This document shows, in pieces, positions 11,676 through 22,206 of a stretch of 25,603 nucleotides of DNA. Every line of letters begins with the position of its first letter. Positions within the stretch are counted from its first letter, which is position 1. The notes under the pieces are model-generated. The model worked only from the letters and a program-made list of their open reading frames with translations. It was not told the DNA's origin and made no database searches. The position numbers and the translations under genes are program-made. Origin of the DNA: Ginkgo biloba (lineage: Eukaryota; Plantae; Ginkgophyta). The stretch spans positions 68,317,464-68,343,066 of the forward strand of contig JANKJI020000002.1 in assembly GCA_024626585.2 (NCBI GenBank). The letters run 5' to 3'.

Positions 11676-13324
11676 GATAAACCTAGTTCTAATAAAAAAT
11701 AAAACTTTAGAAATTAAATAAAAAAAACATTCAAGGATAAATTTTCAATTTTGAGGATGGATACACTATTATAGATGGTATTTGGTGATAAAATAATGTT
11801 AATTCTTGATGGTTTCTCAGGTTATAATCAAGTTTTGGTGGCTGATGAAGATAGATACAAGACTACATTCATGACTCATTGGGGNNNNNNNNNNNNNNNN
11901 NNNGCTTGTATATAGAAGGATTACTTTTGGGATCATAAATGTAGGAGTTATTTTTTAGAGAGCCATGGGTGATTCCTTTGGAAAATTGTTGGTGAATTAT
12001 GTTGTTGTCTACCTTGATGATCTTACTATATTTTCAAAGAATAGGAGTGATCATGTAGATCATCTTAAATAAGTCTTCCAAAGATATAGATAATTTAGTA
12101 TATCCATGAGACCAAATAAGACTACACTTGGGGTTATCAAAGGGAAGTTATTGGGACATATCATCTAAAATGAAGGCGTATACATTGATTTAGACTGAAT
12201 TAAGGCCATCTGAGAGTTACATTTACCAATAAATAAAATACCACTCAAATCCTTATTTGGTAAAATAAACGTTCTAAGGAGATTCATTCCTTATTTTTCT
12301 AATATTAATCTCTCCATTAGTAAATTTCTTAGAACAGATGTGGAATTCAAATGGTCTGAGGAAAAAGACACTTTTTAAGAGATTAAGGAGTCAATCATGT
12401 AGGCTATGGTACTAGTTGGTTCAAATTTCTCAAAGGATCTCATTATATATTCATATGCTTTAGAGTATTTCTTTGTCACCATGCTACTTTAGAAATATAA
12501 TAAGGGACAAGAAAGACCAATTATTTTTCTGAGTGGTTTATTAATGGATTATCAATTAAAGTACAATACTATGGAGAAACAAGTTTTTTCCCTTATTAAG
12601 TCTATTAAATATTTTAGGCCTTAGATCATACATAATCATATGGAGGCATATGTACATTTAGAAGTTATCAAAGTGATGTTGAATAAATAAGAACCAATGG
12701 GTAAGCAGGTTAAATGGTTACCCAAGATCCAAGAATTTTATTTAGATTTGAAGCCCATTGAAATTTTCAAAGGAAAAAGGCCTTTGTAATTTTATTGTAG
12801 AATCTATAGTGGATGAGTTGTATCAATAAAAAAGAGATAAAAAAATAAGCATAGTACACTAATAATAAAACATTCAACTAGTTCAATGCAGGTTTTGACC
12901 TTTTTCTATAAAATTAGATTTATTATCTGAAGAATGGGGCATGTCCTAAATATTTGGATAAGAAACAAAAAATATCTTGAAGCTAAGTTCATTACCCTAT
13001 GTCCTTGTAAATGATGGATTTTATAGAAGGAATTATGATGGGGTTTTATTGAAATTTCTGACTAAAAAAGAGGAAACAAATATTATGGAGGACTTACATA
13101 CTAGAATTTATGGTGGATATTTTTTATCAGAGTCTACTACTCATAAGGTTTTAAGGGTAGGAGTTTTGTGGAAAACTATATTTTAAGATTGCTTTCAAAA
13201 GGTTATATCTTAAATCTCTTGTTAAATTTTTTTCAGTAAGCAAAAGTTATTTGATATGCCCCTGTAACCAAATTTTGTAGATAACCCTTTTGATTAGTGA
13301 GTAATTGACTTGATTAGTGCCATA
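11676..13324 (+). mobile_element. pol: Degenerate non-chromovirus (Tat/Athila-like) Ty3/gypsy pol: RT - RNase H - integrase N-terminus
   Basis: RT motifs: LDGFSGYNQVLVADEDRYKTTFMTHWG (~11806-11884), VVVYLDDLTIFS (YLDD 12010-12021) and GKLLGHII. RNase H motifs: GQERPIIFLS...KYNTMEKQVFSLIKSIKYFRP and KWLPKIQEF. Integrase zinc region: LYRR-like GFYRRNYDGVLLKFL...LHTRIYGGYF...THKVLRVG..W.TIF*DC...MPL*P. Many stops and frameshifts. Confidence 0.93.
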
Positions 13325-13562
13325 NNNNNNNNNNNNNNNNNNNNNNNNNNNNNNNNNNNNNNNNNNNNNNNNNNNNNNNNNNNNNNNNNNNNNNNNNNNN
13401 NNNNNNNNNNNNNNNNNNNNNNNNCCATTAAAATCATAATATTATGTGTATTAATGGCATCCTAGTCATAAATAAATGTAAATAACAACCTAACATTAGT
13501 CATATGGATTCCATAGAATCTTCCACCTGAATGGTCCAAGAAGGGGGTTGGCCCTCATGCAA

Positions 13563-13895
13563 TAGCGGTGGACATTTTTCATCATAATACATTACTCATA
13601 AAATTATAAGAGATAATTTTTTCTATCCAAATATATTTTATGATTCATTCTAAAAGGTTAGATCCCGCATCTCCTATCAAAGGTTTGTAGGTAATCAAAA
13701 TCTCTCTAATATGCCTCTATAGCCTATTTGTATGGGTAACCCTTTTTATTAGTGGGTGATAGAATTTATTGGACCCATAAATCCCCATTCTAGTAAAGGA
13801 TACATTTATATTCTTACATTTATTGATTATTTCACCAAGTGGTAAAAAATTATTCCCCTCAAGCAAGCTAACTCCTCAGTAATCATTAAGCTCTT
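13563..13895 (+). mobile_element. pol: Second integrase fragment (zinc-binding end plus start of catalytic core) of the same gypsy family
   Basis: SGGHFSS*YITHKIIR...YQRFVGNQNLSNMPL*PICMGNPFY*WVIEFIGPINPHSSKGYIYILTFIDYFTKW*KIIPLKQANSSVIIKL. It contains the W..DFIGPINP and DYFTKW motifs. Confidence 0.88.
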
Positions 13896-15572
13896 TGTGA
13901 TGTACCCTCTTGGTAGGAAGATGAATGAATGACCTTCAAAGAATTGAAAAATCATTTTAAAATTAAATATAAGGGTGTAATCAACTTTGTAACCTATTAC
14001 AACACTAAACCAAGACTCTTCTGTAATTCTATCACTGTATGGTTGGATAAACTCTCTAAAATAACTTTTATTCTAGACTTATCTATAATACCATGTGAGG
14101 ACATAATCGTATAGTACAATACCATGTAAGTGTGCATCCTTCCATTTGATACTATGTTGTATTGTGCTCTTTAAGTGTGTGGGAAAATTCTACTCTATGT
14201 AGAAACATAGTACTATGCACAAAAGCATGATACTCTGCATAAAGTATAGTACAACCTACAAAATATCAAAAAACACTTTAAACAAAATTAAAATTCATGG
14301 AAACTAAAGTTAATGATCCATAAAAACCTATGGAACTACCAAATCGTCCATACGTAATCCATGTAGGAAGTTATCCACTCAAAGGATTTGGAAAGAAATA
14401 ACTATCTAATCAAATATTTAAGACAATATCTCAAACAAAACTCTCCACAATAAATTGGACAAAGAACAAGAGCTTGTATTAATAAAAGNNNNNNNNNNNN
14501 NNNNNNNNNNNNNNNNNNNNNNNNNNNNNNNNNNNNNNNNNNNNNNNNNNNNNNNNNNNNNNNNNNNNNNNNNNNNNNNNNNNNNNNNTTTGAGAGTCAT
14601 AGGTGATCTCTTGTTACATAATTTTCTCTAAAACACCCCCAATTTATGTTACAATTAGCATATTTTCTGAAAATATTTAAGTCCCTATTGACCCAAATCC
14701 CAGTAAAGTGTATTTAATAAAAGATTAATTTTTGTGGAAGTTTAGACAATTCAATTAAACGTGCCTAAAATATTTTTTTTCAAGGAAATCTGAAGTNNNN
14801 NNNNNNNNNNNNNNNNNNNNNNNNNNNNNNNNNNNNNNNNNNNNNNGTTTGGAGATTGGGGGTTCATAGAAATATATGAAAGGGTTCATATTCCCATGGC
14901 CTCATAGACCCAAAGGTGAATAAACTATAGCCTAATAATACACTTTAGGAGGAAAATTTCAAGTTTCATAGTTCAAGGAATTTAATTGTGTGTGCTTGAC
15001 ATCCTTCATACAAAATCTTGAATTACTATGCCTGAGGAAATACAAAGTCAAATTGTGGGAATCATATTTTTATATCCTTCAAAAATTCATTTCACTAATG
15101 ATCCATGAAGTGTCATAGACTTGAATCCAGATAAAGTGTAATTGATGCAAATTCTGGCTTTGTGGAGGTTTGAGTTATCGAAGGAGAGTGTTGGAGGTAT
15201 TTCCTTAAAAAATGCTATAACATTATGAACTCAAGGGAAGAGGAAAATTCTAACTAAATGAAGTACGGAGTCCTCATAAAATACCTCACAGTCTTCATTT
15301 TACTAAGTTAATGGAAAATACCCTAAGAGAATATTACTTTCAAAGGAAGGAAGAGTTTGAGTGTTTAAAGGTAGGGGAAAATAAGTGGAAGGCATCTAAG
15401 GTATTTTCCTCCTTTATAAGTCTCAAGTCCTATGGACCTAAAATATCAATTAAAATCAATTGAAAGTTCCCAATGTTAAAATGCAAGGACCTAAAATGAC
15501 ATTATGTGAAAATAAGAAAATTTGATTTTTAGGATTTGAGGATATATAATGAGTATAGGTATGGATTTGACA
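13896..15572 (-). mobile_element. Putative long LTR of another element inserted into the integrase, probably in minus orientation
   Basis: Integrase similarity stops abruptly at TGTGATGTACCC (13896). The far end ...GGATTTGACA (15572) is abutted on the minus strand by a short PPT-like TTTTGAAGGGGCA. There is a minus-strand TATAAAGGAGG near 15410-15419. Two gaps lie inside, so continuity is unproven. Confidence 0.45.
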
Positions 15573-16364
15573 TGCCCCTTCAAAACTATTAAATGTCATG
15601 AACATGAATAGAGAGGTTAAATATCATTCCTCATAGTGGTAACATTCAGAGTTTAAGAGTTTGGTATTCCCAACTCATGAGGTACTAAAGGTGAATACTA
15701 TATAATGAGCACCCCTAAAATCTATTTGTGTTGACCCATGTTATTTTTATATTATGAAACATATTATATCATTGACAGTCTAATTTCAAATAAGAGATAG
15801 TTAATGTGATCATCCTTTTTCCTACCATGAATTCAAGTGATGGTACTCATATTGAAAATGCCATGTTGTAGTCACTTATGTGAGATATAGGTGTCATATG
15901 GGATCCTATTTATGCAGTAATGAAGAGGGTTTAAACATATCCCTAATAGTGTTTATGGTGAATATGGAGAGTTACCATGAATTCAAGCTCCTTAAAAGAG
16001 GAAGGACCATTAGAGATGAAGGGAGATTTCTCAAGAGAAGATATGGAAGTTACAAAATCTAAAAGGGGAGCATCTAAGAGAAGAGACGAAGTCCACTATG
16101 AGTCAAATGTAAGCCATTAAATAGTCATTGAAAACACAAACTCTATGATTTATTTTCTAGTTATGTGAAACCATCATTAAGGGCCTTAAAGAGAAGGGGA
16201 TAAAAAGAAAAGGGGACCTATATCTGAGGGGAGGTCCCTAGGGAAAGTTTTTGTTATTTTTGTTTAAGTTTTGTTGTTGTATGATTTTGTATTAGGATTT
16301 TTTAGCCTCGGTGATTTCAAGGTGCATTTTGTAAACCAAGTGAATTGTTCCACAAGATGACATT

Positions 16365-17581
16365 TTGGAGGCTTCTATGATGCAGGATGAAGTTTATTCC
16401 AAAGCTGAAGCTCAGAAAGAAATGGATGCAAAGGTTCGACAGCTCGCATGTTCAAGGCAAGAAGGCAGGAACAGGAAATATTTCGAACGACCTCATAATT
16501 CTCATCAATCATCTCTTTCATCTGGCCGAAGCAATTATTCTTATGGAGCCATGGGGCGCTCACTTTCTCCTCCACTAGCACCTGCCAAAAGGCAAGCTGA
16601 TAGGAGTGAAGCTGCACCTGAAAGGAGTAAGACTAGGACTGAAGAACAACATTTTTGTAGTAGTAGAAGAGTAAAGGAAGGGGGGAGAGAGAGACATAGA
16701 AAGAATAGAAAACGAATGGAAAGGGACAAAGAGAGTGGGTCCCGCAGACAATCAGGAAGAAGAGTGAGACATATGGAGAATCAGAGGAGAGGCCATGCAA
16801 GTGACAGAGGGAATTCTCATTCTCGTTCTTGTTCTCGCTCTCGCTCTCGCTCTTGTTCTATTTCTCATTCATGCTCTCAACTACCTACAAGGTCATGTTC
16901 ACCTTCCAGAGGCAGATGTAGGTCGTTGGGTGAAGGCAATATTATGATATCTCGCCATCCGATTAACTCTTCTGATACATATTCACATGATAGACGTTCT
17001 AGGCATGACAGGCCATCCCTGGAGATAGACTCACCAAGTGAAGGTCAAATTGACGTCAGAAATTGCATTGGTAAGGGCAAAGCTCCTTTGGAGGAGGATA
17101 ATTGTATGTCTGGTAGACGAGAAATGTTTTTGGAAAAGAGAATTGAACTTGAAGCCTCCTTGCCAGAAGTTGAAGAAGGATGTAGTACTATTAGATCAAG
17201 AGAAGCTTCAGGAGGTCAGGACCAAACAACTAAAGATCAATGGTCATTTACTCCCTTGGAAAATCGAACTGATGAAGCTGCTGAAAACCGCAATGTTTCT
17301 GAAGTTACCAATGATGCAAGTTTACTAGAATCTTCAGAGCTAATGTTCTCGGGTGAAAATATTCCTCAAGAACTTATGGAGGCTGACATATCAGGTCGAG
17401 TAAATGCTAGGATTGAACATACATCAAAGTCTCGAGTAGATCTTTACCTCACAGGAGAACAAGGAAGCTGGTGTTCTGGTTCAAGCTCAAGGGAGTCTGA
17501 TCTTGAGCACGTGACATGCCTTTCACTTTTTCCACTTGAGGAGGAGAACCTTGGAATGGTGAAAAACATTGACAATGACTG
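16365..17581 (+). CDS. Uninterrupted ORF of about 405 codons (runs into a gap), Arg/Ser-rich then acidic, probably disordered; unknown host exon, pseudo-exon or TE accessory ORF
   Basis: No stop over about 1.2 kb in an otherwise stop-riddled window, visibly higher GC, and many retained CpGs. It has an RS-type dipeptide repeat, a basic R/K-rich stretch and a GKGKAPL motif. The TTG start is arbitrary, and a T-rich tract with AG acceptors lies just upstream. Confidence 0.6.
16815..16880 (+). repeat. Imperfect hexamer tandem repeat (TCTCGY)x11 encoding Ser-Arg/Cys/His dipeptides
   Basis: TCTCAT TCTCGT TCTTGT TCTCGC TCTCGC TCTCGC TCTTGT TCTATT TCTCAT TCATGC TCTCAA, in frame with the long ORF. Confidence 0.9.
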
Positions 17582-17681
17582 NNNNNNNNNNNNNNNNNNN
17601 NNNNNNNNNNNNNNNNNNNNNNNNNNNNNNNNNNNNNNNNNNNNNNNNNNNNNNNNNNNNNNNNNNNNNNNNNNNNNNNNN

Positions 17682-17850
17682 TCCATCTTTCATTGATGAA
17701 GTTACATATGATGTATTCTTAATGGATTATACTAGTTTGGTTTGTGGGAGTCCTTACTTATATGATCAAGATGTTATATTCTATAGGTGAAGGAATGGAT
17801 ATAACGTGACTAAGGAAAATATACACTATACCATCATATCTTCACTAAGA
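17682..17850 (+). mobile_element. Chromovirus/CRM-like aspartic protease C-terminal fragment
   Basis: FIDEVTYDVFLMDYTSLVCGSPYLYDQDVIFYR*RNGYNVTKENIHYTI resembles FIDEV.CDVVPLD.C...LGSPYLYDRDAIFYR..N.Y..TKDG..Y.I. Confidence 0.8.
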
Positions 17851-18062
17851 TATCATACTTTTATCCTACCATCCCAAACAAAGGATCCCCATATATATTT
17901 GTTTACAGGTCGAAGAAAGGAGAATATGATACTATATACATCTAAATTATAGGCCAGATACATACTACCACACATGGGATGTGACCATGAGAAATTATCC
18001 TTGAAATATATTTATATACCTTAAATACCTAGGGAACAACAAGTAATGGGGACCACTTCTTA

Positions 18063-18078
18063 CCAAGGGGTGAGTAAG
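18063..18078 (+). other. Polypurine tract preceding the 3' LTR
   Basis: CCAAGGGGTGAGTAAG directly abuts TG at 18079. It follows ATGGGGACCACTTCT (MGTTS), a typical polyprotein tail. Confidence 0.65.
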
Positions 18079-18645
18079 TGTTGTGCCATCAGGTGCACAC
18101 ATGCATACACTAAGCATAAGATCATAGGTTTAGTAACCTTTAGCAGTAACATAGCTTTAATTTACATGAGGGGTTATGACTAAAGGGGAAATTTTTATGC
18201 ATACACTTTATTTATGCATATATAGTTACATTATTTATCCTAGCTTAGGTTAAGAGTTTTTCCTATATTGTTTTTATCCTATATTAGTAAAATATCATTG
18301 CACATAAGAGGACTCCTTTCATGGATAAAAATTCCTACTTATGGAAAGTGTCCAAGCTATAGATATATTTGGATCGATATTAATAATGGAGATAGATTAT
18401 CTATATAAGTAGGTATGGGCCATGGAAACTTATTCATGAATTTAAAAACTTGTGCACAAACTAACTTGTGTGAGATCTCACCTTGGATTTTATAAGACTG
18501 AAATATTTTATAATGAAATCTATCTTACATTCTATCCATATCTGATTCTCAATTTCTATATTCTTTGTATATATCCATGTTTTATGACCAAGCATTCCAA
18601 TGATTATTTTTATTAGGTTTTCCTATGAAGGAAAAGGTCACGACA
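18079..18645 (+). mobile_element. Complete 3' LTR (567 bp), copy 2 of the LTR family
   Basis: TG...CA termini with a short inverted repeat TGTTGTG...CACGACA (6/7 match). It is preceded by a PPT and is similar to 8113-8289 and ~21895-22075. Confidence 0.75.
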
Positions 18646-19279
18646 TTGTAATAAAAAAATTTTGCAGAGGACAAGAAAATTCATGAAACACATAAGGAAA
18701 GGTGTATCACTTGGGAAAGGCACAATGCATGATAGAGGGATAAAGTAAGAGATCTAGAAATAAGATTCTTTTATACATATAAATGTACAACTAATTATAT
18801 ACAAATAACACTACAAAATCCTCCATATGGATAGATTTGAGGTGACCTTTTATTATATCTCACTTAAATACCTCTACACATACATAATAAAATGGATGGA
18901 AGTATATCATAATTACCATTCCTCTTATTATTCTCAACAAATTCTTACTTAACCCTTTATTAATTATTAAAAGTGGAATTATTATGAGGGAGAGGCATTT
19001 TAAATACCTTATTGGCTTGGTACATGGGATTTTCAATATGAGGAATAATAATTCTTTTATATTTTGATGTGGGGTTATTATTATAATGCTCAACATTTAA
19101 AACAATATTTATAGACTCTTGTTTAGTTCCCTTTATAGATTAAGAAACCAAAAAATTCCAAGGATGTCATCAAATACCACGCAGGGTACTGAAAAATTAT
19201 AGTCCACAAAACCCTTAGAAGGGTACATAAAGTAAAAAGGGAGATTGAGAATCATGTAGCATGTAAGCAGACACAACAC

Positions 19280-19741
19280 TATGGTTAGGAGATTTATGCC
19301 TTAGTCGAAGGCATCAAATACTAACATCATTACCTTCTAGCAAAAGAAACCATCATTTGCCACTCTAGTTCTTGTAGTCGCAAACCAAGATTTAGGAATC
19401 AAGGAATTTCAAATAGGCCTCATATCTTCAAGTGTTCTATTTGGTCATCAAATATAAGAAAGGATCGGTTAATAAAGTTGTTGATTGATTGAGTTGACCA
19501 CCTATTTTATTGGTTAAAAAATAATTGAGCATTTCTCATTGTGGTTTTCAAGACTGGGTTTCTCAATATCAGGCTAAAGTATATTTCCAATGACCATTTA
19601 CACTGTTATTCATCTTACGAGTTCAAACTTGGAGCCTTTCAAGGATTTCCACTTGAAGTATGTTTATACAAATTGAATAAAATTTGTGTGCCCCAAGGAG
19701 GAGCGAGAGACTCACTTCTAAAGGAGGCTTATTTAACACTT
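19280..19741 (+). mobile_element. pol: Chromovirus/CRM-like RNase H to integrase-start fragment
   Basis: YG*EIYALVEGIKY*HHYLLAKETII...L*FL*SQTKI*ESRNFK*ASYLQVFYLVIKYKKGSVNKVVD*LS*PPI...LYKLNKICVPQGGARDSLLKEAY. It matches ELYALV...W.HYL.GKETII / IKYKKG..NKVAD.LSRPP / KLCVP...R..L..EAH. Confidence 0.88.
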
Positions 19742-20111
19742 NNNNNNNNNNNNNNNNNNNNNNNNNNNNNNNNNNNNNNNNNNNNNNNNNNNNNNNNNNN
19801 NNNNNNNNNNNNNNNNNNNNNNNNNNNNNNNNNNNNNNNNNNNNNNNNNNNNNNNNNNNNNNNNNNNNNNNNNNNNNNNNNNNNNNNNNNNNNNNNNNNN
19901 NNNNNNNNNNNNNNNNNNNNNNNNNNNNNNNNNNNNNNNNNNNNNNNNNNNNNNNNNNNNNNNNNNNNNNNNNNNNNNNNNNNNNNNNNNNNNNNNNNNN
20001 NNNNNNNNNNNNNNNNNNNNNNNNNNNNNNNNNNNNNNNNNNNNNNNNNNNNNNNNNNNNNNNNNNNNNNNNNNNNNNNNNNNNNNNNNNNNNNNNNNNN
20101 NNNNNNNNNNN

Positions 20112-21330
20112 GAGGTTAAAAACAACATCATATTTAATAATTATATTTTAATATTTCCTTAGGATTGGATTATAGGTAGTTTGATATTATTATAATGGAA
20201 ACCTTAAAGGTTTACAAAATTAGAGAATAATGGGAACCTTTTTTCCTTGATGGGTTGGTTTTTTGTTATTGGGCCATAGATATAATGGTGACCCTATTGT
20301 TATATTCAACCCTAACCATCATGATATCTTATGGTGGTGTATTATAATTACCCCATTCAAAATTACTTTCTCTATCTTATTTTTATCTAAATTATAAGGT
20401 CCAAGTAGGATTGGGATGAATATATGATAAATAAATTGAAAATAATAAGGATACATGAGAAAGTTTATATAATATGGGTATAGTTCCTAAATAGGTGGGT
20501 ATTCGGATTATGTATATTATCCTTAGATGTGTATGGGAATAGATAATTACCATTTCATAGTACATTATAATGATATATAGGGGAAATAAACATCTTCTCA
20601 TAATTCCATGGGGAAGAAAGGTATGAGTCACTTTGAAGATTGTATGATGCATTTTCATCCAATTTTTCTAATATTTGAATAATTTTATNNNNNNNNNNNN
20701 NNNNNNNNNNNNNNNNNNNNNNNNNNNNNNNNNNNNNNNNNNNNNNNNNNNNNNNNNNNNNNNNNNNNNNNNNNNNNNNNNNNNNCTATATTCTTCCTCA
20801 TTATGGGAATATACTTTGTGATAGTCACTCCATGTACTAATTTGACAAAAAATTTGGTTAATTATTACCTTATAGTAATAAATAATACTACTATTATTAC
20901 TATTAGTATAATTATTATAATCATCATCATAGTCATCATTCTTGTTGCTATTATTGTTGTTGTTATTTTTTTTGTTAAATTGAGCCACCCATATTATTCT
21001 ATTGTTATTAGGCCATTTATAATTATTATTTGCATTATGGTTTGGAGTCCTATTTTAGTTTTGGATATTAGGCATTTTTTATTAGTTATTCCCTATCACA
21101 TTGACTTGATAAGAGGTGACAATATGAGGAGAGGATAAGGTGGGATTAAAGGTATAGAACAAACCCCATCATCTACTAAATATTTATCATAATTATTATA
21201 ATCTAGAGGGTTTCATCAACACCAATATTTGGGATAAATATGAGATAATGGACTAGTCCTAATAGATATAGGTAGATTATTAGGAAATGGGATATAAAAT
21301 TAATGATGATGGCTAAACTTATTCTCTATT
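20112..21330 (-). mobile_element. Highly degenerate gag-like region with Asn/Asp-rich linker
   Basis: The minus-strand N/D-rich run (MAQFNKKNNNNNNSNKNDDYDDDYNN) has a layout like 1-730, and there is a downstream IMMVRVE...SMAQ*Q linker-like segment. No diagnostic motif was resolved. Confidence 0.35.
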
Positions 21331-21894
21331 CAATCATATTATGTGTTCCTATTAATGCCTTCTTTATTAATCATAAAATTATAAGCAATCACTTTTTATT
21401 TGTTTTAATAGTAAGGAAATTTCTCAGTTACAAAAGTCTTACATTTAATCCTAGTTTCTCATAATTTATTAACATGTTTAAGAATGGACATTTTAGGTTG
21501 TTTCCTAAGGTTTCTAAGTTTATTAGGTGAGTCTTTATTAAAATTGTGAGGGAAAACATAATAATATTTTTTTCACTAAATTTAAAGATGTTGATATTGA
21601 CTTATCAGGAAGGTTATAATACCATCTATTTACTTCCATTTCAAAAGAAAGTATAAAAGTCAAAATAAAATTTATTCTTACCTTAATACATCAGTATGAG
21701 TCTAAATTTTGACTTCATTGATGTAGTAATTAGTTGTATTTACCTAAACTTTGGATGTCAAGATGCATATTGGATAAAGGAGGATAAGTACAATCCTTCT
21801 TAATGGGATTATTCTTACTATTTAAATAACTAGCTTGATTGGTTGGCTTTCCTTAATAAATACAATTCTCTATAGAGTTCTTTAAATTCTAAGA

Positions 21895-22206
21895 CGATGT
21901 GTCATAGGATATAAAGGGGGATATAATTTGGTCACATGGTCGTTTATCCTCTAAATGGATATGACAAAAGGGATCTTATGTGAGGAAAATTCCCTTTTTA
22001 TTAGTTATTATATAGGAGTTTTTTCTATTATTAGTTTATCCTATTAGTTGGCATAGTCTCATCAATGCACAAGGGCCCCTTGCATGGCTTACACCTTTGT
22101 GTAGACTATATTTTCTTCACTTCTCATGAGTTTTCATGATAATGATTACATAGTTCATTAGAATGCTTACATTGGCTATTATTATAAGGAAACCTTGGGT
22201 ATTACA
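21895..22206 (+). mobile_element. Putative 5' LTR (copy 3, more diverged) followed by a degenerate PBS-like sequence
   Basis: The start CGATGTGTCAT resembles TGATATGTCAT/TGTTGTGCCAT. Shared blocks are GGATATGAC.AAAGGG, TAGGAGTTTTTTCTAT and ATCA.TGCAC. It ends GGGTATTACA, then TTTTGGTACATGC (weakly like the tRNA-Met PBS TGGTATCAGAGC). The right boundary is uncertain. Confidence 0.5.

Noticed and set aside
15823-15987. 15-bp direct repeat TACCATGAATTCAAG at 15823 and 15973, 150 bp apart
   Set aside because: The flanks do not align and there are only two copies, so there is no evidence of an array or TSD.
16375-17328. Alternative-frame and antisense ORFs overlapping the RS-rich ORF
   Set aside because: They are short shadows of a GC-richer coding frame with no independent evidence.
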